Notes: a model not told the origin generated them from the letters alone. A stretch of DNA of 64,000 bases from Eledone cirrhosa (GCA_964016885.1 OZ024742.1:158906001-158970000), one strand, 5' to 3'; shown: positions 29,111 through 46,613, counted from the first letter of the stretch. Program-made: numbers and translations.

Positions 29111-31378
29111 ATATAAAATAAAATATGAGTTTTAATTTTAAAAAGGATTATAATTTTAAAAGGAATTAGAATTTTTAAAAAAGATATAATTATATAATTA
29201 TAAAAGGAATTATATTTTTAAGCAATGTAATTTTTAAGCAATATAATTTTTAAGCAATATAATTTTAAAATATATATATAAGAATATATAGAAAAAACAG
29301 TATAAAATATGAATTATAATTTTTTATATCCATCAGAGGAATTAACAAAAAATCTTTTTTTTAGAAACTTTCAGTATGTTTATCTTAATTTTTTATACCC
29401 ATTTAAAAAAAATCTTTCAGTATGTTTATCTAGAAGAATTTTTAATGAAAAATTTTAATGAAAAATTTTTTCTTCATTTAAGAGAGTTTTTGGCAGTCGT
29501 ATGAAGGAATCTAATGATTTATCGATAGGTTTAATAAGATGAGTAATATATTACATTTTAAATTTATATTTAAACGTTGAATTTAATCTATGTTTGCAGC
29601 AACTGAAAAGATTGTTCCTTAAATTCACAGAATTTTTGCTTTTTAATATAAAGAATATTTCCTCTATACAAAGAGCACAATTTTCCGAAGAGGCATTAAA
29701 TGGAGGAGCTTTGGAGATAATATTGCAAAGTAAAGAATAGTTAATGTTCTTTAATTTTAGATCCCATAGTAAGCTAGATAGAGAAGTTGAAGATTTTTTT
29801 ATTTATATTCGTAAAATAGCATTTATGGTTATTAAAACGAGATTTAAAGTCTGTGGAAGTAGAACCTACATAATTAAATGAATTTAAATTAGTTTTTACA
29901 TTACAATTATATACTATATTTCTAGCTAAACAATTGTTATTTAACTGACAGTTAGATTTATTTCTACAGTTACATTTATCAAAATTCAAGTTACGAGGAG
30001 CCGTATTATTAAATTGGCTATTGCTGGGGTTATTAATGGTATTCTGGTTAGGTTTTAAGTTTCTATTATTAATTCTATTAATATTCTGCCCTAAATTAGT
30101 GGTGGTTGAATAAGTTAATTGTATAGTATGTCTATTAAATATTGAGTAATATCTATGTGTTCTAGGGAAGCATTTGTCAAGAGCTTTGAAGAATAGTTTA
30201 GCAATAGGAGTTTTAATATTTAATGAGAAAGGAGGAACGAACCATAATATATTCCTAGTTCTATTTCTTTTTTGGTTTTTCGAATTATTGTAAGCCAAGT
30301 TACTGCTATTTAGGTTATTTCTCCCATAGGGGTTGAGTTTTTTGTTGTTAGAGGAGACGATGTTTTGTGCAAAGTTTGGTGTGGTGCTGTAGGAGAGTTT
30401 GATGGTATTTTTGTTAATTATTTTGTGGTAGCGGTGTTGTAGTGGGAAGTGTTTTTCAATGAGCCTAAAAAAGATTTTCCCGATAGGAGTTGTCACCTCA
30501 GCGTTGTGGGGAGGATTGAACCATGTTACATTGCGTGAGCGGCGGTGTCGCCTGCAGGTTCCTCGAATATCTGCTCATTAGCGGACAAATGAGATATGCG
30601 GAGGGAGTTGTTTTTAGCCAGGTTATTGGTGATGTTCCTGGGATGGTTTGACCGGCGGTGGATGTAGTGCAGGTTGTCGTTGGGTTTCCAGTATGGGTAG
30701 AACAGATCATTTTCGAGGTCAGGGGAACGTCCAGGAAGTTTACTCGGGTCAGGGACGTTTGTAGGGTTATTTTAAATCCCCAGTCGCAGAAGAAGCTGAT
30801 TAATTGTTTACGGACCCGGTCTGTACTACTGGGGTTGTACCCTTTAAGGGTAAGGAGCCCATCATCACGGTACAATCCACCACCGAATGCAGGAAACATA
30901 TCGGTGAGTTTAGCTAGTAGGAATAATCCTATAAGATCTGTGACCTCAGCCGAATCCGTCGCGCCCATGCTGACATCGAAGAGTGAGTCGGGAGCTCTCT
31001 TTATCCATTTGGAGTTGTCGAAGAGTAGGACTGTCTTCCTGGCGTGGAGGATGATGTTTCTTTCCTGGTCGGTGATGGGCGCAAGTGTTTCGGCAAAGTC
31101 CAAGGCAACCGTAAGTAGCGGTAAGGTAATTGAAGCATAGTAACTCTTTTGACCAATCCTTGTGACAATCACTTTTACCATATATGGAATTACCCCCTGA
31201 GAAGCTCGGCTATTCATATACCAGGATAAATATTTTCATTTAGTCCAGAATTAGCCGTAGAAACGGCTTGAGCTCAGCCGTCGGAGTCCTACTCGTTCCT
31301 ATTACCCACTCTACTACCTTAAGTATTGAGTACTTTGGTGCGTTATGGTCCACCTGGTTCCTTACCACATTTCCTTCG

Positions 31379-31380
<2 letters not shown>
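28460..31380 (-). mobile_element. 5'-truncated Penelope-like element (GLYRDDG type) with inverted terminal repeat
   Basis: RT fragment 30498-31140 (FDVSMGATDSAEVTDLIGL, GLYRDDGL) and GIY-YIG 29555-30000 (IVYNC...NYVGSTSTDFKSRFNNH). The AT-rich UTR boundary is approximate. An HHR-like fold lies on the plus strand at 31192-31287. Confidence 0.85.
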
Positions 31381-31461
<81 letters not shown>

Positions 31462-31503
31462 TATATATTATATATATATATATTATTTTCTATAGTATAT
31501 ATA

Positions 31504-32800
31504 CTCTTTTACTCTTTTACCTGTTTCAGCCATCCGGCTGAGGCCATGCTGGGGCACCGCCCTTGTTGCTACACATTTTATCTCCAGCCTGTATAGGCTG
31601 GCCACTGGTGTAGGAGGGAGTTTGTTGCTGCTGCCCTTAGGTTTCCCTCGTGTCTTGCTGTGGACTCATCCGGGATCCTGGATAACAAGGTGTCGAGATG
31701 TTTCTTAAAGACATCCACCTCCACGTCATGCAAGTCTCGCAGATGCCTCGGCAGCCTGTTGAAGAGTTGAGGGCCCTTGAATCCCAGGCTATTGCAATAC
31801 CTGCTCCTTATTCTAGATGTGGAAGACGGGACCTTTGGCACCACACAGTGACGTCCTGTTCGACGGTTGGTCCAGCTCCCAATGCCAAAGTTTGGTGCTA
31901 GTCCCTCCAGGATTTTCCACATGTAGATCACTGCGTATCTCTCCCGTCTTCGCTCCAAGGAGTAGAGGTTCAGTTCCTTTAGCCTCTCCCAGTAGCTTGT
32001 CTCCCTCATCTTGGCAATCCTCTTGGTGTAGCTTCGCTGGATTGCCTCAAGCTCCGTGGTTAGTTTGACACTATGGGGTGACCACAGCTGGGAGCAGTAG
32101 TCCAGGCGGCTTAGGACAAAAGTCCTCTACAGTGTCAACATGGTGTCTCGATCTCTTGTAAGGAAAGTCCTCAAGATCCAGCCAGCGAATCGTCTACATG
32201 TTGTCGCCACCTTCATGATGTGTGAAGAAAAAGATGCATCATCGCTCATGTCTATGCCCAGGTCTCGTATCGATTTTGACACGGGGATATCGGTCCCTCC
32301 TGGTCCTGTGTAGCTGTGTTCCGCTATATTTGTGTTTGTGTTTGCAGGTTTGTATTGTAGGGCTTGGAATTTGCCAGCATTAAACTGCATGTTGTTTTCT
32401 TCCGCCCATCTGTATATGGCATCCAGATCCTGCTGTAAGAGGGCAGCGTCAGCCGGGTTTTTGATTGCCTGTGCTACCTTAGTGTCATCAGCATAGCTCG
32501 TGAGGGATGTTGTTGCATGCACCACAGAGGGCATGTCCGAGAGAGCCACCAAAAACAGTAGTGGTCCCAGGACTGTCCCCTGGGGCACCCCACTTGTTAT
32601 CGGTGTCTCCCTCGAGAGGGCCCCATTTGCTGCGACTGCCTGGCTTCTGTCCCTTAGGAAGCCATGCAGCCACTCACCTACTTTTCCAGTTATGCCGAGT
32701 CCGTGTAGTTTGTGACATATCATTCTGTGGTCAACCTTGTCAAAGGCCTTCGCAAAGTCAAGATATATCACGTCTACATGTGAGCTGTCTAGTAGTTGTC
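31504..32800 (-). mobile_element. 5'-truncated CR1-group LINE with 3' tail
   Basis: YLDFAKAFDKVDH, GVPQGTVLGPLLF, YADDTK, LERRRERY. The 3' end is ggcggtgccccagcatggcc...gtaaaagagtaaaagag. Confidence 0.88.
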
Positions 32801-32894
32801 TCTATATAGAATATAATATAATATATATATATAGTATATTATATTCTATATATATATATATAATATATATATATTATATATATATAATATATAA

Positions 32895-32979
<85 letters not shown>

Positions 32980-32992
32980 ATATAATATATAA

Positions 32993-33052
<60 letters not shown>

Positions 33053-33057
33053 ATAGA

Positions 33058-33089
<32 letters not shown>

Positions 33090-33206
33090 ATAGAATATAT
33101 ATATATATATATAATATAGAATATAATATATATATATATATAATATAGAATATAATATATATATATATATATATTATATTATATATATATATATATATAA
33201 TATAGA

Positions 33207-33247
<41 letters not shown>

Positions 33248-33383
33248 ATAGAATATATATATATATATATAATATAGAATATAATATATATATATATATA
33301 ATATAGAATATAATATATATATATATATATATTATATTATATATATATATATATATAATATAGAATATAATATATATATATAT

Positions 33384-33427
<44 letters not shown>

Positions 33428-33428
33428 T

Positions 33429-33497
<69 letters not shown>

Positions 33498-33510
33498 TTA
33501 TATATAATAT

Positions 33511-34127
33511 AAGGGTAAATTAGAGAACATAGAAATAAAAATAGAATCTACACACAGAAATGACGCAATGTTTAGACAAATTACAGAGGCAATAAACATA
33601 AAAGAATTACAACCAAAATTAAATAGAAAATATGAGTGGAACAGCAACATCACAACTTACAATTAAGGACAAAATGAAAACACACACACACATAGAACAA
33701 ACAACCAACCAGTAACATGTAAATAAACAAATAAATAAATAAATGAACATAAACACACACAGACACCCGGATGTGGCGTATGCGCAGACTGAGCACACAA
33801 CACACACACAGAAACAAAATGGCGTAGGACAGAACAAAGGAGAGGCACAGAAACAAAGAAAGGAATCCCCAGTCACTGAAGAGGTCACAGAGTGTGTGAC
33901 AAAAGAACTATGACTATATATAAACAACTATCTGGTTGTGGAACCAACCAACCAACCAGAAATTTATAAATTTATAAATTTATAAATTTATAAATATATA
34001 ATAAATTGAAGTGAAAGCAACTGGTGCGTGTGTTTCTTATTGGCAACATGACCCTCCCAAAGTATAACAATATCGGTTTCAACACACGATTTCAGATAAA
34101 GAATCTTGCTAAACAAATTCAGAAACG
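33511..34127 (+). mobile_element. Second copy of the 3' end of the PLE at 1-2893
   Basis: Near-identical to 2342-2893 and extends ~55 bp further 3'. Confidence 0.92.
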
Positions 34128-34275
34128 ATATATATATATATATATTATATATATGTATAATTTATTATATTCTATATTATATATATATATATATTATATA
34201 CTATATTATATATATATATGTATATATATATATAATATTATATTCTATATTATATATATATATATTATATTATAT

Positions 34276-34365
<90 letters not shown>

Positions 34366-34402
34366 GAGAGGTATAGAGATTTATATATATATATATATAT
34401 AT

Positions 34403-34481
<79 letters not shown>

Positions 34482-34501
34482 TCTATATCATATATATATA
34501 T

Positions 34502-34870
34502 AGAAACTAGTACAGCGTTCCTCTGTCAGTGTTGAACAACCGAGCAACGATGGTTGCTAGACACTACGGCTTAAAACGGGATGTTTGTTTACAAACACAC
34601 GGAGCATTATAATAAATGTTCGGTGAATCCATACGTACATGTATATGCGTGCATGTATGTATATATATATACATACTACTGTACGTCTGTATACATATAT
34701 GTATGTACGTGTACATACTAAATATTTAAGTAACAGCCGTACTAAGAGTGGGAAATGAAATTTCGTTTCATTTTTTTCCGTTTATCGTTTTCGGTGCACC
34801 CGGCCGATTAACGCACTCGATATGCAAATTGGGCTACTCAGCCGTTAATATGCATAAGGTAAGTATATAT
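34502..34870 (+). repeat. Diverged family E unit, starting within the HHR (GAAActagTA)
   Basis: Homologous to 11047-11290 and to the reverse complements of 10561-10625 and 10915-11000. Confidence 0.8.
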
Positions 34871-34899
34871 AAAAGAAAACCTGGAGAAATACCGGAGAG

Positions 34900-36380
34900 A
34901 GAGAGAATTAAAATTTTAAATTATTTTTATTTTTTATTTTATTTGTTTTGACTCTGATAGCTTCTAATAACTTTCATATGTCTACCCTTGCAATATCTTG
35001 TTTGAGATATAGGTAGGATAGATTTTTATAATAAATATATAAAACATATTATTTTAACTTGAGATACTCTATAGTGTTTTAGAGATATTTAATGCTTTGA
35101 TATTTCTATATTAATATATTGATATTTGATTATCTCTATACAAAGGCCATATGTGTGTATTAACATGCATATAAAAGTTTTATAGGGTTTATTTATGTGT
35201 TTGTATATATGTCTGCATATATGCATAACGATGCTGGAAGACTCACGCAGATTTTTATTTATACATATGTATGTGTATATATGGTTGTGTGTGTATATGT
35301 TGATGTGTGTTGCAGATATGCATAATATTAAATACATAAACGGTAATCATATATATGAGGACATGAATATTAATGGTATTTTTATGTATATATACTGTGA
35401 AATTTTTATAACACTAGAAATGTATAGAAGGAATCAAGTGAAATCATTTGTGTGTCTATATTATTGACTGGAGTAGACATAATTTTATTTTTTCAGGACG
35501 TACATATGTGTGTATATATATATATACATACTTGTATCCGTATTTTTATAAATAGGGTATTTTTTTAAGGTTTTAACTCAGATTTTGGTATATTGACCTC
35601 AAGGTTTTAAACTAAACATATGGTCATTATTGAACAATGTTATTTTCTCATATTATATATCTATCTCCCATTCATGAATATTGATATTTACATTTTTATT
35701 ATTCATTTCATATGAATTGTTAACTCAACTTAATATGATATGACGTAAGGTTGTCACTATATCCCCCTCTCTCTATATAGTATTTCCTATCTCTTGACTT
35801 TCTCTATCTGTATGATGAATTATTATCTCTCTGTTGCTTTCTTTTGTTTTTCTTATTTCTTCCTTTTTCTTTCTTTTTTTATTTCCTCCTATCTATTTAT
35901 ATCTTTCTTTTATTTCCTCCTATCTATTTATATCTTTCTTTTCTACATACATTTCTCTCTCTCTCTCCGGTATTTCTCCAGGTTTTCTTTTTCTCTCTCT
36001 CCTTCTTTTTCTCTCTCCTTATCTCTCTCCGTTTTTTCTTTCTCTCCGTCTTTTTCTAACTGTGCTTAACACTATAACTAATAAAATAATTTTAAACATC
36101 TCACTATCCAGACAGCTTCCAAAAATAATGGTTGCATCTAATAGGGTACGTCAAAATTATATATAAAACTGTTTATATATTGTATTTTGTCTGATGAAAG
36201 CATACCATATTTTAATTTGGTATCCCTGAAATATGTATAATGAAATAAATATGGTTTTATAAATATAGTTTCCATTTATTTAATATCGTATATCTACTCC
36301 AAAAACTTGTCGAGTGCTTTATATCAGTTATAAAATATTTACTTGTTGTATCCCAACAATTTTAAATAGAACTTTTGCAT
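34900..36380 (+). mobile_element. PLE 3' UTR/terminal repeat fragment (family F)
   Basis: Shares blocks with 43300-44350 (e.g. cattcatgaat.ttgatatttacatt and a CT-rich tract). HHR-like ctgatga...gaaa at ~36191-36240. Confidence 0.65.
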
Positions 36381-36453
36381 ATATATTATATATATATATA
36401 TTATATATATATTATATATATATATATAATATATATATATTATATATATATAT

Positions 36454-36484
<31 letters not shown>

Positions 36485-36533
36485 ATATATATATATAAAA
36501 TATATATAATATATATATATATAATATATATAT

Positions 36534-36566
<33 letters not shown>

Positions 36567-36886
36567 ATATATATATATATATATAATATATATATATATA
36601 ATATATATATATATATAATATATACATAATATATATATATACATATATATATATAATATATATATATAATATATATATATATAATATATATATATATATA
36701 TAATATATATATATAATATATATATAATATATATATAATATATATAATATATATATATATATAATATATATATATATATATAATATATATATATAAAATA
36801 TATATATATATAATATATATATGTATAATAAATATATATATATATATATAATATATATATATATATGATATATATATATAATATAT

Positions 36887-36931
<45 letters not shown>

Positions 36932-37063
36932 TATATAATATATATAAATGAAGTAATTCCGTCAGAAAAGTCCAGGAAAAAAGAGTGCTCTATGTAGGTA
37001 ACAGAGCTTAATAGTTATGTCTATGTATATAACAATAATATATATATAATATATATAATATTT

Positions 37064-37147
<84 letters not shown>

Positions 37148-37246
37148 TATATAATATATATATATATATAATATTTATATATATATATATATATAATATA
37201 TATATATATATAAAATATGTATATATATATATATAATATATATATA

Positions 37247-40200
37247 TCATTATCTATAAAAGGCAGATTTTTATGTCTGTATGTATGTTTCAATTTTATA
37301 CATTTACACAATTCCAAAAATATTGAATGAATAATTAAGCAGAATGTTTACAAATATTCTAACTTGGGTCATGGGCGAACTTATTGGTTTAAAAAATGCC
37401 ACAATTACGGAAAAATCGATTTATTTCAACAATCGATGATTTCTCCTCTCTCATATGATATACGTTTCCTATATCTACTCCCTTCATCACCTCCCTTTAA
37501 AATTGCTACCTTCTCTTATAAGTGTTTGTGAAAAAGAGAAACATTGAAAAAAAACATATACACACATATATGTGGGTGCATACACACGCGTATATGTTGG
37601 TATGGTTACGATTGAGGTCATAGAAACAGGAACGCGGGAATTTCAATCAATCAACGCATACACAGTTTGTTTTAAAAATAACAATAGCATATAATGATAA
37701 AGAGGAAGAGAGAGAAACAAACAGACACACTAAAAGACGGATATATGTGTGTGTGTTTGTATTAGCGCGTTCAAACTCCATTTCGAAGCTGACTTTCATT
37801 TACTAAACTGTAAGTTTTTCAATCGGCCTTACACTTTCAAACTATATTTTTCTGTATAAGTAACTTTAACCTTTTAGTTTCGACATAAAAATACACACAT
37901 ACATACAAAGACCTGTAAAGTTTTTTGGGGCGCCTTTCTTATCAATATTTTTACATTCAATTATCAGCCTTATACTTTCAAAGTCAATTTTTATGTTGAA
38001 GTAACTTTCAACCTTTAATACATACATACATACATACATACATACATACATACATACATACAACCTTTAATACATACATACATACATACATACACACATA
38101 CATACATATACACACATACATACAAATACCTGTCACTTAATTTACACACACATCGGCCTTACACTTTCAAACTAAATTTTTCTGTAGAAGTACCTTTAAC
38201 TCTTTCTTTTCAACATAAAAATACACACATACATACAAATACCTGTACATTTTTTTTTTGGGGGGGGGGGGGCCTTTCTTATCAATCTTTTTACATTCAA
38301 TTATCAGCCTTATACTTTCAAAGTCAATTTTTATGTTGAAGTAACTTTCACCCTTTATTTTTCGATACCCATTTACTCACTAACATTTGTATCACAACAA
38401 CAATAACAATATTCATAAACAGACAGTAGACTTTCAAAGTCAATTTTTCTGTAGAAGTAACTTTCACCCTTTCTTTTGGACATAAAATGCCACCTAAAAA
38501 GAGGAGTCGCCTCAGTCAACATACCGCGTCAGCGGTGGCGCAAAAGTCTACTATATCAAACGAGTCCTCTGAGGAAAATGCTTCAAGACTTTCACAGACA
38601 GCCTTACGTTCAGCAGAATGTCGAGCCGCTGAAAGTTTCCAACAGCACACCGCACGCCTAGCCAAAATGGCTTCATACCAGGCTTCTTCCAGGGCTTCAG
38701 AAGCGCCTGGCTAGAAACGATGCGACTAATGCTGCTTCCAGGTCTTTGGAACGTTTAAAACAACGGACGGCTCGCCTTCCTACGAACGCTGCGGCTATGA
38801 CTACTTCCATAGCTTCTGAAGATGCAGACGGGCGGTCTATTAGCATTGCAAATGTTGCTTCTGCTATTTCTGCCAGACCTTCCCACCAAACACACGACCA
38901 ATGTTCTACGTTCAAGCGTAACAGTCGACGGCGAGAAGCTGCACGCGGTGTGACGAGCCCCAACAGCCCTTACTGGCACCTACGGGCTTTCAAGTATGAG
39001 CAAAACGTTAATTACTCGATGCGCTCTGACATAAATATAGGCGAGATGCGCTTCAATTGCCAATTCTGCAATGCTAAGTGGGCTGGGGAGCCACCTGCAA
39101 TGTGCTGCTTAAACGGTAAGGTAACCTTGCCCCCTCTTACGGAACTGCCAGAGCCTTTGAAGGAACTACTGACTGGTTATACCTCAAGGTCAAAAAATAA
39201 AACCCTGATCCCCCCCAATAAAAAACGCTGCTGGGGGTACCGGAAAAACTTTTGTAACGAATTTGATTCTCGCTAAGATTCGTCAGGAGAAAAAAGTTGC
39301 GTTGTCCGTTGCATCGTCCGGGATCGCTGCTACTTTGCTGCCGGGAGGCAGGACAGCACATTCAACCTTTAAAATCCCTTTGGATTTAGTAAAAACTGAG
39401 ACACCAACATGCAATATCAGCAAGAGTTCACACAAAGCTCTGGTTCTCAAAAGATGTTGCCTCATTGTTTGGGATGAGTGCACAATGGCCCACAGGGGTG
39501 CCCTTGAGGCATTGGACAAGGCCCGGAAAGACATTAGGGATTCTACGGCTCCTATGGGTGGCGTAACCCTTCTGCTATCAGGGTATTTTCGGAAAACGCT
39601 GCCTGTCATCCACAAAGGGACAAGAGCTGATGAAGTGCGTGCCTGTCTTAAGTCGTCCATGTTGTGGCTCCAGGTGAATAGTTTGTACCTGAGCACAAAT
39701 ATGCGTGCTCATTTGCATGGTGACAACATGTCTGCAGCACAGAACATTTTACCACTTGGTGAGGGCAAGATCCCTGCGGATGACAAGGGCGGCATAGCAA
39801 TCGACACCCTGTGCAACATTGTGAGCAGCCCTTCTTACCTTTGGGAAGCAGTTTTTCCTAATGTCTCATCTAACTTTAAAAACCACGATTGGCTCAGCGA
39901 AAGAGCCATCCTTGCTCCGAAAAATACCATGGTTAATTTTATTAACGAGCAGCTGATTGAGAAGATTCCCGGTAAAGAGCACATCTTCAAATCAGACCCC
40001 GACGATATCGTTAATTATCCGGTTGAGTTATTAAATCTCCTTGAGCCTCCAGGGCTCCCACCTCAAATTATTAAGCTTAGGGTTGGCTGTCCCATTATGC
40101 TAATAAGGAACTTGCGTCCACCAAAGCAGTGCAACGGTACTCGCATGGTCGCCAAGTCACTGACACCCACTTGATTGAGGCCACCATTGTAACGGGGTGC

Positions 40201-40801
40201 GGAAGAGGGGAGAATGTTTTCATTCCAAGGATGAACCTTTTCCCCTCGGCGTCAGATATCCCGTTCGATTTCCGGCGATCCAAATTCCCGGTGAGACCAT
40301 GTTTTGCCATGTCCTTTAACAAGTCACAAGAGCAAACATTGTCGGTGGCGGGCATCCATTTGGGGGAGCCATGCTTCTCCCATGGCCAACTTTATGTTGC
40401 CTGTTCTCGCGCAGGGAGCAGGAATGGACTTTTTGCTTACTCTCCTCAAGGGATGACATGCAATATCGTCTACAAAGAGGTGCTATAGATGTTGGTGCAG
40501 GTGTTGGAGCTATGCCGTCTGGAACACTATTTCCTGGTAGGGTATCCCATGGCGGACAGATCTGACACACAGCGGCATCAGGGCCACCATCTTGCAACTT
40601 TGGTCTACTAAATTCGCTATTGGAAGATTATTAACCCATCTTTGATTGACCAAAATGCTAATTGGTTCGTAACTTTTAATAACCGGTTCAACTGCTTTAT
40701 GCACTTAATTGATAAGCTTATTCGCTTTCAAACCACGTTTACCTGTATGTAACTTTCATAGCAAATGAACAAACCCGAGCAACGCCGGGCTAAACAGCTA
40801 G
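37247..40801 (+). mobile_element. Internally deleted Helitron
   Basis: 5' TC start in a TA tract. 3' hairpin cccgagcaacgccggg followed by CTAG|T at 40798-40802. RepHel remnants inside, with subterminal tandem repeats at 37800-38475. Confidence 0.9.
38487..40488 (+). pseudogene. Helitron RepHel remnant: N-terminus/Zn finger fused to PIF1 helicase; Rep domain missing
   Basis: CQFCNA..MCCLNGKV, then AGGTGKTF, VASSGIAATLLPGGRTAHS, VWDECTM, LIRNL...CNGTR, FAMSFNKSQ, HGQLYVACSR. Stops and frameshifts are present. Confidence 0.9.
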
Positions 40802-40819
40802 TATATATATATAAAATAT

Positions 40820-40878
<59 letters not shown>

Positions 40879-40889
40879 TATATATATAT

Positions 40890-41052
<163 letters not shown>

Positions 41053-41054
41053 TA

Positions 41055-41325
41055 CGTGGGAAAGTAAATAATCGGAGAATAGACCGTTAAAACATGTTTA
41101 TTTAAAATATCACCTACGTACGTTTCGCCCAGTTGGGCTTCTCAAGGGCATAAATAATCACAAGTGCTCCTTATATAGTTCGGAAAGAGTTTTGGGGGTT
41201 AAATCTACATCAAGATTCATTGCTCGCAAAAATATCTTGTTTTGATTTTGCAGCAGGTCAAGGGAGGTAACTCTGGCCGGTGTTAGGGCAGTCTTTCCCG
41301 GATAATTTTTTTTTTTTTTCCCGCC
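41055..41325 (-). ncRNA. Isolated short island with U3-A8 hammerhead (41111-41150)
   Basis: cc-TTGAGAA-gccc-aact-gggc-GAAA-cgtacg-TA-gg. Stem I is short. Confidence 0.65.
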
Positions 41326-41358
<33 letters not shown>

Positions 41359-41431
41359 AATATATATAATATATAATATATAAAATATACATTATATATA
41401 ATATATATATATAATATATATATAATATATA

Positions 41432-41476
<45 letters not shown>

Positions 41477-41535
41477 ATATATATATATATATAATATATA
41501 ATATATATATATATATATAATATATATATATATAT

Positions 41536-41587
<52 letters not shown>

Positions 41588-41722
41588 TATATATATATTA
41601 TATATATATATATACATTATATATATATATATATATAATATATATATTATATATATATATATTATATATATATATATTATATATATATATTACATATATT
41701 ATATATATATATATATTATGTA

Positions 41723-41756
<34 letters not shown>

Positions 41757-41843
41757 TATCTATATATATTATATATATATATATCATATATATATATTAC
41801 ATATATTATATATATATATTATATATATATATATTACATATAT

Positions 41844-41875
<32 letters not shown>

Positions 41876-42036
41876 ATATATATTATATATATATATATCA
41901 TATATATATATATATTATATATATATATATATATTATATATATATATTATATATATATATATATTATATATATATATATTATATATATATATATATAATA
42001 TATATATAATATATATATATATATTATATATATATA

Positions 42037-42085
<49 letters not shown>

Positions 42086-42091
42086 ATATAT

Positions 42092-42123
<32 letters not shown>

Positions 42124-42142
42124 ATTATATATATATATATAT

Positions 42143-44537
<2,395 letters not shown>

Positions 44538-44602
44538 ATATATATTATATATATTATATATATATATATATGATATATATATATATATTATATATATGTA
44601 TA

Positions 44603-44670
<68 letters not shown>

Positions 44671-44672
44671 AT

Positions 44673-44710
<38 letters not shown>

Positions 44711-44789
44711 CATATATATATTTATATATATATATATATATATAATATATATATATATATAATATATATATAATAACATATATATATAT

Positions 44790-44832
<43 letters not shown>

Positions 44833-44881
44833 GTATATATATAATATATATATATATATAATATATATATATAATATATAT

Positions 44882-44913
<32 letters not shown>

Positions 44914-44925
44914 ATATATATATAC

Positions 44926-44998
<73 letters not shown>

Positions 44999-45059
44999 TA
45001 TATATAATATATATATATATATATAATATTATTATATATATATATATATATATATATAT

Positions 45060-45102
<43 letters not shown>

Positions 45103-45157
45103 ATATATATATATATATATATATTATGTATATATATAATATATATTATATATATAT

Positions 45158-45189
<32 letters not shown>

Positions 45190-45391
45190 ATTATATATAT
45201 ATATTATATATATATATATTATTATATATTATATATATTATATATATATATTATATATTATATATATATTATATATATATTATATATTATATATATTATA
45301 TATATATATATATAATATAATTATATATATATATAATATATATATATATAATATATATATATATAATATAATATATATATATATATAATAT

Positions 45392-45443
<52 letters not shown>

Positions 45444-45446
45444 TAT

Positions 45447-45507
<61 letters not shown>

Positions 45508-45511
<4 letters not shown>

Positions 45512-46370
45512 GACGTAAAATAAGAAAATTTAAAAAAAAATTAAAAATTAACTTACTTACTAAAATTTCTGATGACGTAATGAATTCTCGATGGTTATAT
45601 TACGTAACTATCTTTATCCCATTACAGAAACTAATTAGTTGGAGTGAAAATTTTAGTAAGTAAGTCAATTTTTAATTTTTTTATTAATTTTCTTATTTTA
45701 CGTCTTTCATATAATTGTTCTGCATCCTCCTGTATTGAACCACCTAGGTACTATGACATAACTTATGTATTTGCTAGAATTAGTGTACATCTGTACACAT
45801 ATGTTGGTAGATATACTAATTGTCTATATTTATCTCCAAATTATTTATTTGTTGAGCAAACCTGCCAAATCCACTACTAATTCATCGCTGTGGTAGTAGG
45901 CTTTTGTCATCTTACCAACCCACTCCTTCCGACTAGCCTCAGTGTCACGTGATTGATTCTTTAGAATCTGCCATTTGACCAGAGACAGCGAACTTTTTCA
46001 GTGCATGGAATCCAGTTCCCGCTAGCTGTTCCATCCACCGAATTATTATTATTTTTATATGAATCCCTAGTGTCCGCGCATTGCCTGGAGACTTAGCTGA
46101 GAATAGACTCCCTGATGACGTAATGAATTCTCGATGGTTATATTACGTAACTATCTTTATCCCATTACAGAAACTAATTAGTTGGAGTGAAAATTTTAGT
46201 AAGTAAGTTAATTTTTAATTTTTTTTTTAATTTTCTTATTTTACGTCTTTCATATAATTGTTCTGCATCCTCCTGCATTGAACCACCTAGGTACTATGAC
46301 ATAACTTATGTATTTGCTAGCATTAGTGTACATCTGTAGTGTACACATATGTTGGTAGATATACTAATTC
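45508..46370 (+). repeat. Family B2: 543-bp HHR tandem repeat with short inverted 5' piece
   Basis: ctgatgacgtaatg recurs at 45569 and 46112. HHR 46107-46188: actcc-CTGATGA-c-gtaatg...cattac-a-GAAA-ctaattag-TT-ggagt. Confidence 0.88.
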
Positions 46371-46613
46371 TCTCTCTCTATATATATATATATATAATAT
46401 ATATATATATATTATATATATATATATATAATATATATATATATATTATATATATATTATATATATATATTATATATATATTATATATATATATTATATA
46501 TATATATATATTATATATTATATATATATTATATATATATATTATATATATATATATATTATATATATATTATATATATATTATATATATATATATTATA
46601 TATATATATATAT

